From Camelus ferus (Eukaryota), in NCBI RefSeq assembly GCF_009834535.1, contig NC_045696.1:64978001-65042000 (forward strand): a stretch of 64,000 nucleotides of DNA, read 5' to 3'. Shown here in pieces: positions 13,655-27,560 of this stretch (positions within the stretch are counted from its first letter, which is position 1; each line of letters starts with the position of its first letter). The notes beneath the pieces were generated by a model that saw only the letters and a program-made list of their open reading frames with translations, was not told the DNA's origin and ran no database searches. The translations under genes were made by a program, and so were the position numbers.

Positions 13655-13810
13655 TTTATTACATTTTTAATTTTTAATTTTTTTTTTATTTTTAAGATTT
13701 GGGGGGTTAATTAGGTATTGATTTATTTATAATGGAGGTACAGGGGATTGAACCCATGACCTCATGCATGCTAAGCATGCGCTCTACCACTGAGATGTAC
13801 CCTCCCCCCA
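13655..13810 (-). mobile_element. tRNA-Ala-derived SINE (camelid Vic-1 type)
   Basis: Minus strand reads ggggagggtacatctcagtggtagagcgcatgcttagcatgcatgaggtcatgggttcaatcccctgtacctcca with A box, B box and A-rich tail; perfect 13-bp TSD cctctttatcttt (13642-13654 and 13811-13823). Confidence 0.9.
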
Positions 13811-13959
13811 CCTCTTTATCTTTGTTGCTTTCCCTGCTCACTTCCTCAGCTGTCTTGTAATTCCTTACTCTCTTTTCCTCTTCTGAAGATGGAGAATCTA
13901 CCCAAATTTTCCATTAGGTTGTAAGGTATAATAATTTAAAACAGTGAGCAGAATTAACC

Positions 13960-14295
13960 TCCTTGTCTCCTTACCTGGAATACTCCTCCTCCACTCTGCC
14001 TGGCCAGTTCTTACTCATCTTTCAGTCATAGCTTTTCCAGTTTCACTCACTACCAGGCATCATGATGCCCTCTTTGCCTCAGTACTCTTCCTTTGCAATC
14101 CTTATCAGAGTTTTAAATTTGTAATTTTTTGTGTGCTTATTTACTTACTACCTTTCTCTCCAGTTAGAATGCAAGTTTTACAAGGTCAGGGTCACTTGAT
14201 GTGTTTTATATCATTGGATATCCATCACGGAGCACACGGTACCCGATATATAATAGGTACTCAAAGGACTTGTATTTAACGAGTGCATGAATGAT
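13960..14295 (+). mobile_element. L2 LINE 3' remnant
   Basis: 'cctggaatactcctcc', 'tagaatgcaagtt..caagg.caggg', 'taataggtactcaaa..gcatgaatga'. Confidence 0.65.
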
Positions 14296-14651
14296 TCTTA
14301 GTTCTTGTCTGTCTTTACCCAGTGAATTTTTAGAGGGATCCTGTTCCTTTAAGATCCTCCCTGCATGTTAAGGAGACCACTCCCATCTCTGAGATTAATC
14401 CAGAAGATTCCACCCCACGCCCAGGGATTACTTTAACTCTGCCTAGTCTCAATCCGCCCCCTTCCTGTTATCACAAACTCCTTTCTGTTGCCCTAGGTTC
14501 TCCTCCCTCCCTCACAGTAAAATTTTAGGTCCCTGTTTCTTTGGATTTTCCACATCTCACCTTATTTTCCTTGTGGATAGTGACTTTTCTTTTTGGTCTA
14601 ATGCGTTTAGTTTGGTATGGTCTCCCGTTAACTGAGTTCTGGACCACTTTT

Positions 14652-14800
14652 AAGGATTCTTAATCTTTTTTATGCTATCAGTCATCTTGGCAGTCTTGTG
14701 AAGCCTGTGAGTTCCCTTTTCAGAATAATCACTTTTAATGCATAAACTAGAAAACACTTAGTATTAAAAAGAAAACCGATTATGCTGAAGTACAATTCTC
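14652..14800. mobile_element. hAT-Charlie DNA transposon fragment (MER119-like)
   Basis: 'ggattcttaatcttttt..ttggcagtc..gtgaagcct..cagaataat..aatgcataaa' resembles a recalled Charlie-family end. Confidence 0.55.
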
Positions 14801-16149
14801 TGCAGCTCTCACTTCTCATGAGTGCCCCTAGGGAAGCCCTGGGGTGACCAACATTGACTGCCCTACCCCACCTTCAGGCTCTGGCCCAGACACAGTTGGA
14901 AGGTGGTAGGTTAATTTTCCAGGACTGTGGGTTCGGGCAAGCCTATTTGGGCTTCTGTGTTTTTATGCTGAACAGCTGAATATGAAGATAAACTGTAAGG
15001 TCCCTTCAAAACAACTCTGTTGTGAAACTTTGATAGCCTTTAATAATTAGCTTCAATGAGAGAGATGTTTCAGCAAATATCCAAGCTGGGTTTAAAGTGC
15101 ATTTATCAACATTTAAAGTGCATTATTATCGTTCCACAAGGACCACTGGTGACAAGAGCTGGGAGGAGAGCCGCCATGTGATAGAGCACATGAGATTTTC
15201 CGGCCAGGACACTCAGTCTGCAGGTGCTAATAGCGGTGATACCGATGTCTTCTTGAGTCGGTCCTGATGTGGCAGAAAGGACTGCCTGTGCTCCCTTAGA
15301 TTTTGCTGGAGTTTCCACTGCTTTTGTGAAAGATGAACACAAACTTTAGAGAAAATGGGCCTCAGTGGCATAGGGTATAATGAGTGCATGGGAAAAAAAA
15401 AAAAATGAAGAGTATTAACACCAAAGGCAGCTTTGTGATTCTGGCATTGAAATGAAGTCCTCCCAATGAGGAAATAACCAATAGGACCAGTAGAGTAACT
15501 GGGGCACGCTGGAAAGCACCTTAGTCTTGGAGGTGGAAGAGTTGAGTTCAAATGCTGATTCAGTGCTTTGTGCCTTGAGCATTGAGCAAAGGGTTCTGTT
15601 TAAAACTTTATGGGACACTGTAGTCATTCTCATTGTCTAGAGTCACTCCTGCTCTCCTCAGATTGTAACCTCATCAAGGAATGTTTAATTTAATAAGGAT
15701 TTATTGAGTATACACAGTGTGTCAGCACTGTTAAGACCTTACTATGAGACTACACCATATCCTGCAAAATACCTAAAGCAAAATTAAGCATATTTGAGGA
15801 ATTCTCATACACTTATTATATGTTTCTGTATAAGTAATAACGGTGCCAGACACCTATGCTTTCAGACTTATATTCAAAAGAGGAGTGAATTCCCTCATGT
15901 TGTATACAGGGAGGAAACAGTCTTAGGAATATTTAAAATACATGAAAGAATAAACTCTACCCTCAAGCACTATAGAAGCATACATTTACATACAACCAAT
16001 TTGTATGATAATCACAAGCCATTCTCACCCAGATTTCTCAGAGACATGAATCGAGTTTGAATTTACAGGGTGTAGTCAAAAGTGATACCACTGTAGCTAC
16101 AAATGTCCCCGTATTGATCGGGGCCTTTCCCCGGTCTGCAGTAATCTTC

Positions 16150-16450
16150 TCCAGTTCCTAATGTCTGTCTGAAACCCAAGCAAAAACTACCTCACTTGTG
16201 AAGCGTTGTTTTGAATCCCCACCAAGTAGAAACATTTGTTCCTTCTTTCGTGCTCCCATCCCTCTGTTGTGGTCCTTAATCATCTTCATTTTTTCATTTC
16301 TCTGCCTGGTTAATTATAAACTCCATGAGGTCAAGTGACAGGGGTTTTTGTTTTTTGTTTCTGTTGAATCATCTCATACCTTGCAAATAGCAGTGGTAAG
16401 TAATTGAGAAATGAATGAATGAATGAATGAATGAATAAATGAGCGAATAA
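16150..16450 (+). mobile_element. L2 3' end with (ATGA)n tail
   Basis: 'tataaactccatgagg', ending in an atgaatgaatgaatga array at about 16411-16435, the typical L2 tail. Confidence 0.65.
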
Positions 16451-19400
16451 AGTTGGAAGAATATTGGTTCTTTATTCAGTAAGGATTTCTGGAATGACTA
16501 CTAAGCTGTGGTGTGCCATGCACTGTTCAGTCTTGGGTGTACACACCGCGGTGAACTTTCACCCACTGCTAGGCCCTGATGGGCCAGGTTGTAACAACGC
16601 ATGTAAGTAGCCTCTCAGTGTTAAAGAGTATATATCTAGGTAGTAGGGATGCTACCATTTTGAGAATGTATGGGAAAATCTGTGGCTCTTAAAAATCCAA
16701 CACTTTTTGAAGTATAGAAGTGAGCTTTTGAGAAATATAATGAGCATAAAGAAACAGTGTCACTCTGCTATCAGAGCCTAAAAAAATACTTAGATGTATA
16801 AATTATATCAAAACAGGACTGCTGATTTGGGGGGATGCTAGAGATTCTATTTTGGTCTCAAAGTGGCTCCTTTATGGACTTAATCCAAACCATTTCTTGC
16901 TTGAAATCCTCTGTTTTGTAAACTATTTGTCCTTCCCCCCACAAATGAGTATTCTAAGGATTAATTATTGTGAAGCACTTTGCAAATGAAAGGCCTATAT
17001 AAATTCTAAGTGGTGGTGTTATACTGCGGGTGATGTGCCAGAGAAATATTGACAAAAGCCCCCGTTTGCTAAAGCCTGCATTGATGTATTAAGCTCCTGC
17101 TGTAGAACATTACCTCTGGGGAGCCTTATACATTCTTTTCTTTAGATGCGCAAATTGGCAGTTAAAAATAATTATATTGCTGTCCTGCTTGTGATGCCAG
17201 TCAAGAAATCTGCACTGAACGGCATGGGATGTGGTCTTTGAGTTTCAATTACCAAAGAGTACACTTTTCTCTTCCCTCTTCAGATTAAGTGTTGCATTTC
17301 AGCCAGTCGAGCAATTCAAAATACTGGGTGTTTTTGCTTTCTTTTGTTTTGTTTTTCACTTAAAATGTTTGCTTTTAGCATATTTTCAGAAAACTGAGTG
17401 AAACATTCTCATTTGCGAAACATTCTCACTTGTGAACTGTGATGCAGGTTGCATTAGAATTCTAACCAGATAGGTCTCTTGCTTTTGTATATATTTACTT
17501 TTGGAAGCAGGCACACCTCTACGTTGAGTTTAGTGCTTTACTTGTGCTTGGTAACGTTTGCTGGTAGAAGGGATAGTAAAAGATGAGCATCATCTCTGTT
17601 GTGCCAAAAGAAGCCGAGATAATTAAACTTGCACAAAGCAGTCTGGAAGAAGTGAGACTATCTCATTTTGGGGGTTTCTGCTGACTACCTGGATTTTATT
17701 TGTAAACCTGTATGTAAGCCTGCGTTCTCTGGGTTCGGGCTAGAGGTGTTCAGGAGTAATGATATCAGTGCAAATGAGATAAGAGGATTAGACTGTTCCA
17801 CTCCAGTACTCCATCATGTTCTCTTCTGGAATGTAAGGTTGGGACTTTAAAGATCTTCTCTTTTGATTTCCAATTTGGAAGTGTCAAATCTGCGTAAAAT
17901 TTCCTAAGGGACTGTAAGAGTTTCATATACAATTATAGATTACTTCTATGAGCTCGATTTGCAAAGAGCAATTATTACGTTCATTATGAAGGCATAATGA
18001 TGTTCTGTATAAAGGACCAAATAACCTATGAAAGTGAAAAAGATAAATACGCATCTATTTTGAAATTTTATTTCCTTAGTAAATCATGACAATTTTTGAA
18101 GATTTGGTTTAAAAGTAGAATGAAATATTTGTATTGCAGTGGTTCTATCAACCAGACTGGTATTGGAATGGCTGTCAAATATGGGAATGTTCGGGATAAA
18201 AATAGTCTTTGTATAAACTCTTGATTTTGACAGATATTTCAGGGATGAAATGATTTGATTTGTTATAAGACTGACTATCATTTAAAGACAAATCTAGATT
18301 TACCTTTAAAAATATTCCATCAAAACAGCCGTTCCATTCTGGGCTGTTGTATTTTGCTGTGGTTTCCTGTTAGAATACCTTATTAGTGGCATCTGGTCAG
18401 TAGCATCCCTCTGTGATTCTGTTTAGTTCCTCTACTTGGACAGAAAATCAGGGAGAAATATAGACCTTAATCTGATCCATCCACATTTGGGTATTCTGTC
18501 TTTGGATTCTTCTCAAGTTTAACACATTTTCTTTTTCTTTTTTTTTTTTTTTTTAAGTCTTATATCTGTTCTACAAGAGAGCTGACATCTGAAGTCTGTG
18601 TAGTCATAAGGCAGTGATTACAGCTGGGTAAGGCTTGGAGATGTCTAGTATACAACTGGTACCAAAGGTTTTTTCAAAGGTCACGATAATCTAGTAGCAT
18701 AAATGCTGACAAAATTTTCGCCCTGTTTTGTAGTGAATAGATAAGTGAACCAGGAGAGAGGAAATCTGATTTCTAATTCCAGCTCTGCCACTGATCTAAG
18801 CCAAGCAGTGCCGTGCACTGCCAGAAGGCTCCAGGCAGGGTTCTCTTGGATAGGTCTGCCTTTTGTAAGCCAGAGAGAGTGACTGAGAGCTGGCAAGACA
18901 GCAAGGAAGCATGGCAGGGTTTATGCCACCCTTCTCTGGATAACTCTGAGCTACAAAGCCCCATCATATATCCGCAAAGACCCCTAGTCTTTGTTGGGGT
19001 CTGCTGTATTCTACTGGTATTATTTGAAGACAGAGTCCTATGGCCAACATTTTGAGAGTCTGTGTCCCAAGAAACCAAAGCCTCTTCCTGACTTCCTTAT
19101 TCTGTATATCCAAAGGAACCCTCTTCGTGGTAAATAGTGTGTATTTAAAGAGAGAGGTTGTACTTAATCTAGCAGTGGTTACCCACCCAATCTGGTTAAG
19201 GTTCCTTTGACCTTATTCATTGGGAATATTACTGTTACTTATCTTATTCTTTTATTTAATATTTGCAAACATTTACCTATCCAGTTAATACTCTCTCCAA
19301 ACTGAAATATGTTGGAAAAACTAGGAAGAATACAAAAAAAAAAAAAAAAGGAGAAAGAGAGGGGGAAGGAAAGAAAAAGGAAAAGAAAAATCCAACAACA

Positions 19401-20287
19401 ATAAAAAACACTCTAAACATTCAAAAGATAAATTACTATGTCTTTGTATGAAATCTTTTGTACTTTTAATGTAAGTGAACAGATTATTCTGTTTCATATG
19501 ATCTGATGTCTATAGCTCTTCCAACCTAAATTGTTTATCTCTTTGTCTAAGGAGATAGGAAGTTACACAGAAAGGGGAAAATGGAAAGTGACAGCAGTAA
19601 CATAGGGTGGGAGGCAGAAAATGCAATCCTGAATGGAGAGAAAAGGCAGGGGAATATTAAGTATATCCTAAAAAAACTTCCACAGAAGGAGGAGGAGAGT
19701 TTGAAAGGTACCAGAAAATCTCCAAATCTTTAATTAATCATAAATATCAATCTAGCATATGATGCTCCAAGAACTCCAGTTAACCGAGGTGTTTTATTCA
19801 ACTGAATCTGGCACTTCTTTTGGGTACAGGGAATCTCAAGCTAGTAGCAAATCAAAATAGTAGAATAATCCCTAAATCAAATTGGCATTGAGGATGTGGT
19901 CATGCAGCAATGGAAAGATGTAAATTTTATTTTAGAAAGCTCTTTTAAATTAGGTTAGAATTTAGCAGTGGCGAGAGGACTAGAAATCCCCAGACACTTC
20001 CGCATCATTTTCTCTTCTCTTCAAAAATTGTAACAAGTAATGTTTCATATAATTTTCTTTTACTTCCCAAGAGAAAAGGTTTTTCCTCTAGCACACACTA
20101 CCTTTATTTTTCCTTCAGAAAACATCACAAGGGCACAGAATTAGATTAACTGGAGAAAACTGATTGACTTAAATGAAATCCTTCTCCCCTACTTTTATCT
20201 CTCCTTTTCATCTGTTGATGGAGGAAATCTAAATGAAATATTGAGAGACTTCTGATCCAAATTACCTCCAAAGAAGTCAATTGTTCA

Positions 20288-20291
<4 letters not shown>

Positions 20292-20331
<40 letters not shown>
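20292..20331. repeat. (GT)20 microsatellite
   Basis: Perfect dinucleotide run read directly. Confidence 0.97.
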
Positions 20332-20332
<1 letters not shown>

Positions 20333-21879
20333 TGTGTGTATACGCATATGTGTTTTTAGATAGATGGAGAGAGACAAAGAAAAAGATTGAAATTGTGTAG
20401 ATCTTTCAAATATGTTCCCACATTTATTTCCATACCTTAGATATTTTAAGCAATTATAAAATATTTGAATAAATGAATATTTCCTTTAATACTCCTGTGT
20501 TATTAATTTCCTTTACAAAAACTGGAAAAGAAGGATGCTAACTTGGTGGGACATACTGTTTTATGTCTGTGACTGTGATGCCAGACGGGGCTGTGAACAC
20601 TGGGAAAAAAATCTGCTCGCTGTTCTTGATACTATGCCCAACACAAAGCTACTACACATTTGAAAAGAAAACACACAACTTGGCAATAGGTACTTGGGTC
20701 AATATGTGAACAAAGTAAGCCCTTAGAGTCATTTCTGTCATGCTGAGCAAACTTCTGATTCTGAACAATGATAGTGGTTTTAAACTTAGTGTGGGTGTAA
20801 CTAAGATTTGGCGTGAATTTTAGCCATTTTCATATTTTGATTGAGTTTGACTGCACATATTTTGAGCTTTGACTGTGAAATCGTTATCCATTGCCTTCCT
20901 ATTTCCACTTAAATGGTATTTTGAATTGGGTTAAGACACATGGTTCCAATGCTAATTTGATACAAATATTGTCAACCAAAGCACACTTTGCTTTTATCAG
21001 GACTTTGGGGAAATACTTTCTTTTTTCCTTTTAATTAAGATTCACAGTCTGTTCCTCCAGGAGTTTGTTGTCAGAGGTTATGTAATTTTAGTATTTGGTC
21101 TTTAAACTTGGAAATAGTGTATTTCTATGGCTAATTTATTTCTGTATATTTATTTTCCCTTACTTATTTCCATAGATTCCTCACATTTATACCTATTAAT
21201 TTACACCTTTTGATCTATAGTAGAAGCTAATACTTCCCAAAGTACTCATTTGAAGGAAAAGTCAGATTTGTGGGAAAATATCCTGGACCATGGCTCTGGC
21301 TATAGTGCTAATTAAAAAAAAATAGTAATGCTCACATGAATTCCAAAATCTTATGTCCACAGAATAATTAATAAATTAAGAGTGTTTTATATATTCAGAT
21401 ATTGTTAATATCCCCAAATTCTACTAGTTCATGGGTATTAAATCACCAGATGCCCATATAAAAAATAATTTATTCACACTGTACAAATAATGTACAGCCC
21501 ATGAACTGGGGAGATGATAATTTAATGCTGTTTAATAAGCAAGGGCCAATGATACGGTTTATGTAGATTAGATAGATACATACATATGTATATACATACA
21601 TGTATGGATATGTATAGATGTTTGTGGGTGTGTTTGTATGTGTGTACATACATATATTTATTTAAGTTAATCACAGTTTTATAGCTTACTAGAGCAGAAC
21701 TGGTTCTTTGCCCCTCACATTATTAACAAGGGCATGATCTGTACATAACTAGATAAGGTCATTTATGATTTTGAACAAATAGTCACTTTACTAAAATACA
21801 GCATAAGACCCTGTCCTGTGTAACACGTGGAACTTCCCAGCTTATCACATGAAAAAATAAGTATCATGATGTCACGGTG

Positions 21880-22080
21880 CAGTGGAGATTTGAGAGGTCA
21901 AGTCCCAATCCTGCTACTTACTAGCAGTGCAACTTGGGCAAATCAGTTCTCCTCTGTGAGTCTCTGCTTCCGAGTCTATAAAATAGGAATTTTAATCTTC
22001 ACTGTGACTCCTCACTGGGTTGTTGTGAGGATCAAATGAAGTGAAGGCTGTGAGGACTCTGGAAGCCCTAAAATGCTACC
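21880..22080 (+). mobile_element. MIR SINE
   Basis: 'ctacttactagcagtgcaacttgggcaaatc..ctctgtgagtctc..ctataaaatagg..gggttgttgtgaggatcaaatga'. Confidence 0.8.
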
Positions 22081-22664
22081 TGTAGGTAACGGTGATATGG
22101 TTAGCAATTGCTCTAATGCTCAATAAGTTATAGGATGTGTTAAAAAAAATAAAATGTCCTTACAATTTTTGCAGGCTGCTCAGAACTGAAGTCAGAACCC
22201 TCAGCCACAAAATGCCTATTCAGCCCAAGAGTCTTGCACATTGTCAAGAAAAACCCTTCTGTAAGATTAGTAACTCTTCTAAGGGACCCCACAATTAATG
22301 TACTGTGAACCCCAGGATATCACATTAACCTTGTAATGTGGATGGTGGACATCATCTGCAAAGCAATGATACATTTTACAGGTCAGTCTTCTGAATAGTT
22401 CTACAAATCTATATGGCCTTCGACTTCTTCTGTGTGTTACATAGGCTAGAAATCTTAATGCAAAATTAACTGAAAAAATCAGGACACATTATTTAACTTG
22501 GACATGTATACTTTTATCATGGGGGTAGTACTACTGTGCAAAAATGAGAAAGTGTTTGAGAAATTTGGTGACATTATGGAAAGACATCCTGTTTTGCATT
22601 TAACATTTAAGTTGCCAGTTATAGATTGGTGAAATCTTTTAGCAAATGAGAAGTGCCATTCTAA

Positions 22665-22915
22665 TAACTGTAGCTACTAACTGTTGAATACTTGATATAT
22701 GCTGCATAGTGTGTTAGGTGTTTTACATGCATTATCTTATTGAATCATTAGCACATTTTGGTGCTGTAAATACTGTTATTAACTCCAGGTGAGTATTAAT
22801 AGATGAGACCTGAATTCTGAAGAGAAAAGAAATTTATCTAGGCTGCATGATTAATAAATGGTATGCTGCAGAAATGGGTTTATCTGGCTTCAGTGACTTA
22901 CCCTTGATCTCACTG
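22665..22915 (-). mobile_element. MIR SINE
   Basis: 'gtgttaggtgttttacatgcattatcttattgaatc', 'tagatgaga..tga', 'tctggcttcag'. Confidence 0.65.
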
Positions 22916-23054
22916 CTCCTAAGAGTTGTCTTCTATGGACACATGTAACTACCACAACTTCCCTTTCATTCATTCTCGATCACTTTATGAAAAGCAATTA
23001 CCCCTTTATCTAAAACTATTGTGTTAATCAAGTATGTAGATATGATTAGTAGGA

Positions 23055-23240
23055 AGTGCAGTGCAGACAAAGGTTTTGGAATGAGGTATCTGAAGACCTG
23101 GGTCCAAGTCCAAGCTCCCATCCATGCAGAGTCATTTGCAAATGTCAGTTGATCTCTTTGAGCTTCAGTTTTCTCAACCATAAAGGGAAGATGATAAAAC
23201 CTATCTGGTGGGGGTTATTGGAAGGTTGAATGAGGCATGG
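23055..23240 (+). mobile_element. MIR SINE
   Basis: 'gaagacctgggtccaagtcc', 'tctctttgagcttcagttttctca..taaaggg..gataaaacct'. Confidence 0.75.
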
Positions 23241-23334
23241 TCTGCTGTGTTATAAAATAGGTTTCTATAATTGGACCTGATATCTCTTTTTAATCTTCAT
23301 TGGGTAAATCTACTTACCCCCCTAGTGAAGAGGG

Positions 23335-23525
23335 AATTGACATTTATTGAACTTCTAATATGTGCCAAGTGCTTTATTTACCCTAATTCATATTAGCTAC
23401 AAACTTAAGAGATTAGCTGGCATTACCCCAGTTTTACAGGGAAGAAAGAGAGGTTTTAAGTGCCTAACTCTCTCAAATAATGCAAAAAATAAAGGATGGA
23501 GTCCGCAGTCCCACTCTGGACTCAG
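23335..23525 (-). mobile_element. MIR SINE
   Basis: 'acatttattgaac..tatgtgcca', 'attaccccagttttacagggaagaaa'. Confidence 0.6.
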
Positions 23526-24674
23526 CTCTCTACTTCTGCAGGCTGGAGCCAGGTCCTCTGCAGTAGTCAGCAAGATCCCAGTTGGTGCTAATAAGGTTGA
23601 GTATTGGTGAATAATTTGAATCTTAGCTGAGACAGCAAGGGCACTCTGACATAAGGTCTCCTTTGGCATCACAATTGGTGGTCCTTGACTGTGATATAAA
23701 GTTAAGCATACAAGATACGGTACATGTGAAAGTTCATGAGGAATTTTTTCAGACATTCAAAATGCGTAGAGAGTGCTTATATCTCAAGTATATATAGTTT
23801 GCAGTCAGTCTTTAAAGTGCAGTTCCGAACAGAAAAGTGAATTTTAAAAAATGATCCACATGCTTTGGTAACCAGCACAAGCTAGTTTTGAGATAGATTC
23901 ATTAACTGAAGATTTTGTCTGCTTTGTTGTTGAAAACTCATTACTAAAAGGGTTGGTTTGAGCTCTACTTGCTTAAGTGTGTCTATCATAGCCAGAATCC
24001 TAATTACAAAAACATTATGGTTGACGATTCAAGAAATAGGATGGCCATGGATGAGATTTCAGACTTTCTGTTGAAAATGCAGAGTCATCAATTAAGATAA
24101 ATATCATTTGAGTTTTGAATATAAATTTAATATGGATACTACTATCTATAATGAAAGATCATACTATAGTGAAGATTTATTTTTAACGTAATCATAGGCA
24201 TAAATCTAATTCTTAGAGGAAGAGTCACAAATCCCTTGGGAGAATAGATTCTGTTTTTGTGTTCCTCTTAAATGACACCCAGATGGTTTATGTAGTTGTG
24301 CTTTGGCTTTGATATTTCTTGACAACTAGGCATAATCTGCATTAATTGCTATAAATTGCTCTGGTTCCTTGCTGTTAATATTTTTCTTCTGTTAAGTAAT
24401 TGTTTGTATTTTGTGAATGATGTATCATTGTCACAGAGTAGCATTGCAATTCACAAACTTATTTTTCATGACCTGCATTTTGCTGGAAAATTTGTCACTT
24501 CTATCTAAAGTTGTTTCTATAATAAACACCCCCCAATCCTGAGGCAGTTTTGGCAAAAATCTTTATCCTAAAGCCCTTTAATTTGGGGGATGATAGTACC
24601 TCATTAAACAATGACTGATAATAGCTACTTTTTTCTTGGTAACTGGAGTCATCAAGGAACGTTACTCCACCAGG

Positions 24675-24910
24675 AAACCCTGTTTGACTGAGTCTGAGTT
24701 AAGGAGGCATCTTTGCTCTGTGCTTCTTTAGGATGCCTGTATCTAGCATAGCACTCACCATTTTGTTTTGAAAACAGTATCATGTGTCTTTCTCCACCAG
24801 CAGTTAGTTTCTCAAAGGAGGGGATCCAAACATCATGTCAACCTTTGTAAACTCAGGTTCTAGCATAGTTCTTGGCACATGGTAAGTGTTAAATACAGAG
24901 GTGTTGGACT
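24675..24910 (+). mobile_element. L2 3' remnant
   Basis: 'catagcactcacca', 'tgtctttctccaccag', 'ctagcatagttcttggcacatggtaagtgttaaata'. Confidence 0.65.
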
Positions 24911-26629
24911 CGAAATCTAGCTGATTACGTTGCTCTTTTCAGTTACATTCTCAGGGCATTTCTGGTCTTGCGTTTATTTGCTCCTCCCCTCACTGACACA
25001 GGCCTCTTTGGCCTTAGTGGTTGTACTGCTTTGGCTAGCTTTCCCCTTGTCATCTTTTCTCACTTGTTATAGCTTTCAGAGCCTTTCTTGTAGTTGCTGC
25101 TTCCAAACTTCTTTGATGCAGCAGACCAGATAACTAAGCACATTAAAAAAATAAGCTAAATTTTGTAGACTGTTAACTTCTGAACAACACTCTACGCTTA
25201 GCATCATGTTAATAAGCATCATGGTAGTACAAAGAGAAAAAATACAAGACAGGACTCCTCCCTGATTTATTTGGGAAGGCAATATGTGAAAAGAGAAAGC
25301 AACTGGAGAATAAGATAATATACATTTAGAACTGAATTGCGCAGTGCAGATGAAGGTAGAGGAAATAAGGCCAAGAGGATTAGGGAATCAAGGAAGGTTT
25401 AAATTGTGGTGGAAAGGTATATGATTAGATCCAGACCTTGAAACTTAAGCTGAGAAAAACAAATGGTATGATTGACAGTACTGAAGTTATTTGGAGGAAA
25501 AAATCTAGTACAGTCAAATAATAGATTTTTCTTATTCTTCAACCTCTAATTTCTTCTGGGTCATTCAGTGAATTCCATTTATGTTTGAACATTAATGTTT
25601 TATTTTAGTGTCATTTTTATTTATAGATTGCCTCATCATTTAGAATTAGATAGAATGTAAATTCTAAAAATAATATTTTGCCAATTACCTCCCACCCCCA
25701 AAATTAAATAAAAAATTAAAAAAAGATGAATAAAAGGTTTAAAAACAAACAAAATATTTTGAAAGTTTAGAATAGATGATAATGTTTTACACAACAGAAT
25801 TGACTCACATATCATAAGGTTTACATCTTTGCAATAAGCAGTAACACTTCTATATGTTATAGGTGTGTATTACGGCTCAGCAGCAGACGTATAATGCCTT
25901 CAAGTTCCCTGTAATTAGTCAAAACTCTCCTTTGCTCTTGTAGAACAATCATAATATTTGATCATTTGCTGATAAAATGAAGATAATTTGACAAAAAAAA
26001 TCAATCTCAAGAACACACTCAAAACAAAAATAAAAATTATCCTACATTTTAAAAGCACACATTATTACAATTAACAAAATGAGTTCTTTCTTCATTTGGC
26101 TTTATGAATACATCCATCTCATCCTCTCATATGTGCCTTTTTGAAATCTTTAAAAATTCTTTGATGGAAACCTCTCTATGTATTAGTATGCCCACCTGCA
26201 ACAACCAAAACTCTGGTCATGATTCCAGAAATCGGTCAGACTATAGATCACTCTGAGTAGCTGCAAAAAGTAGAACAGATTTCTGGGTGTTTCAAATTAT
26301 CTGTAACTCAGTAACACCACAGCTCTCAACACTAGTAACTGTGAATAGAAACTCTTCCAACCATTCCAACCAATCTACCATTGATGCATATTTGACTTGG
26401 AGGGTTTTATGATTTGGCAAGAACCTTAAGGAGGCTAACATATTGGAGGGAAAAAAAGAATTCTAATAATTCCATCATAAAATTCACTGCTCTCTGATGG
26501 GTGCCAGCAACACATGGGAGGGAAGATACAGCCAGACATCTGATGACATACCATTTGGAGCACTGGGATTAATCCTTTTTCTCCTCAGCTTCTATAAGTT
26601 TATACTGTAACAACAGCATCTCTTATTTC

Positions 26630-26875
26630 AAGACTTAGTTAAATTATCACCTCCTTTTTGAAATCCTCACTGGAGTTAACGCAGAATGAATGGCTTCCCC
26701 TCTCTTAAGTCAGCCATTCTGTGTTTGTATCAAGAAATAGGATACATTTTGGCTTAATTGAATATATATCCATCTCTCCTAAGATGGTCTCTTCAGGGAC
26801 AGGCGCCATGTTGTGCTCATTTTTATATCTCTATCACATACTGGATCCTCAAACATTTGTTGTCAGAGTGAATGA
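26630..26875 (+). mobile_element. L2 3' remnant
   Basis: 'ttcaagacttagttaaattatcacctcc', 'cagggacagg', 'ctcaaacatttgttg..gtgaatga'. Confidence 0.55.
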
Positions 26876-27419
26876 GCACACTTAGTTATTATTTGGTTTG
26901 ATTGTCTTTGGCTTGTTCCACTGAAAACAATATAACCTTGAAATAGTCTAGAATCTTACTTATATATTCTCACAACAGGATGTATTTGCAAAGAGGTGGT
27001 ATTTCATTTGCTTCATGCAAGGAGTGTTAATTACTAAGGGTATCCATAAAAATAATTATGCTGGTCTAACCTAAAAGGTGGTTGTCTGCATGAACACCAA
27101 AAATAAAAGTATAATTAGATTCTAGTACATTTCAGTTTTATTAGAAGGGGGTAGGCAGTGAAACAAGAGCTTCAGAATTTAAAAGAATTCCAGTTTATAA
27201 TGAGAAAACAGTAACAAAAAAAAAAACTGTACTCATCTGGTGGATTCTTAGTGAAAAGCTTATTCATTTACAAAATAAGCCATGTAAAGAAAAAAGGAGC
27301 AAATTACATCTAATGATATTTCATTTACTCATATTGCTTATTCCCTATAATAAGTTCACGTACTTCATAACTCATTGATCTAGAAAGCAGTTTTTAACAT
27401 TAAGCGATTTGTTTGGGAT

Positions 27420-27560
27420 TGACGTGAAAAAAAGCACTAGATTTGGAGCCAAGAAGCTTGAATTTTAGTACTGGCTTGTCTCATACTGAATTATATGGTC
27501 ATGACCGATCCCTCTATTTCTTTGAGGCTCAGATACCCCATCTATAAACTGGAGATAGTC
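27420..27560 (+). mobile_element. MIR SINE 5' part
   Basis: 'aaaagcactagatttggagccaagaagcttgaatt', 'ctctttgag/ctcag..catctataaactggagata'. Confidence 0.65.

Noticed and set aside
13733..13808. tRNA-Ala(AGC)-like cloverleaf with an intact anticodon arm (catgc-ttagcat-gcatg) on the minus strand
   Set aside because: It has a SINE body, A-rich tail, a TSD and two paralogues in the window, so it is a SINE head rather than a tRNA gene.
19263..19451. Lys-rich ORF resembling a nuclear localisation signal
   Set aside because: Derived from poly-A and GA-rich low-complexity DNA.
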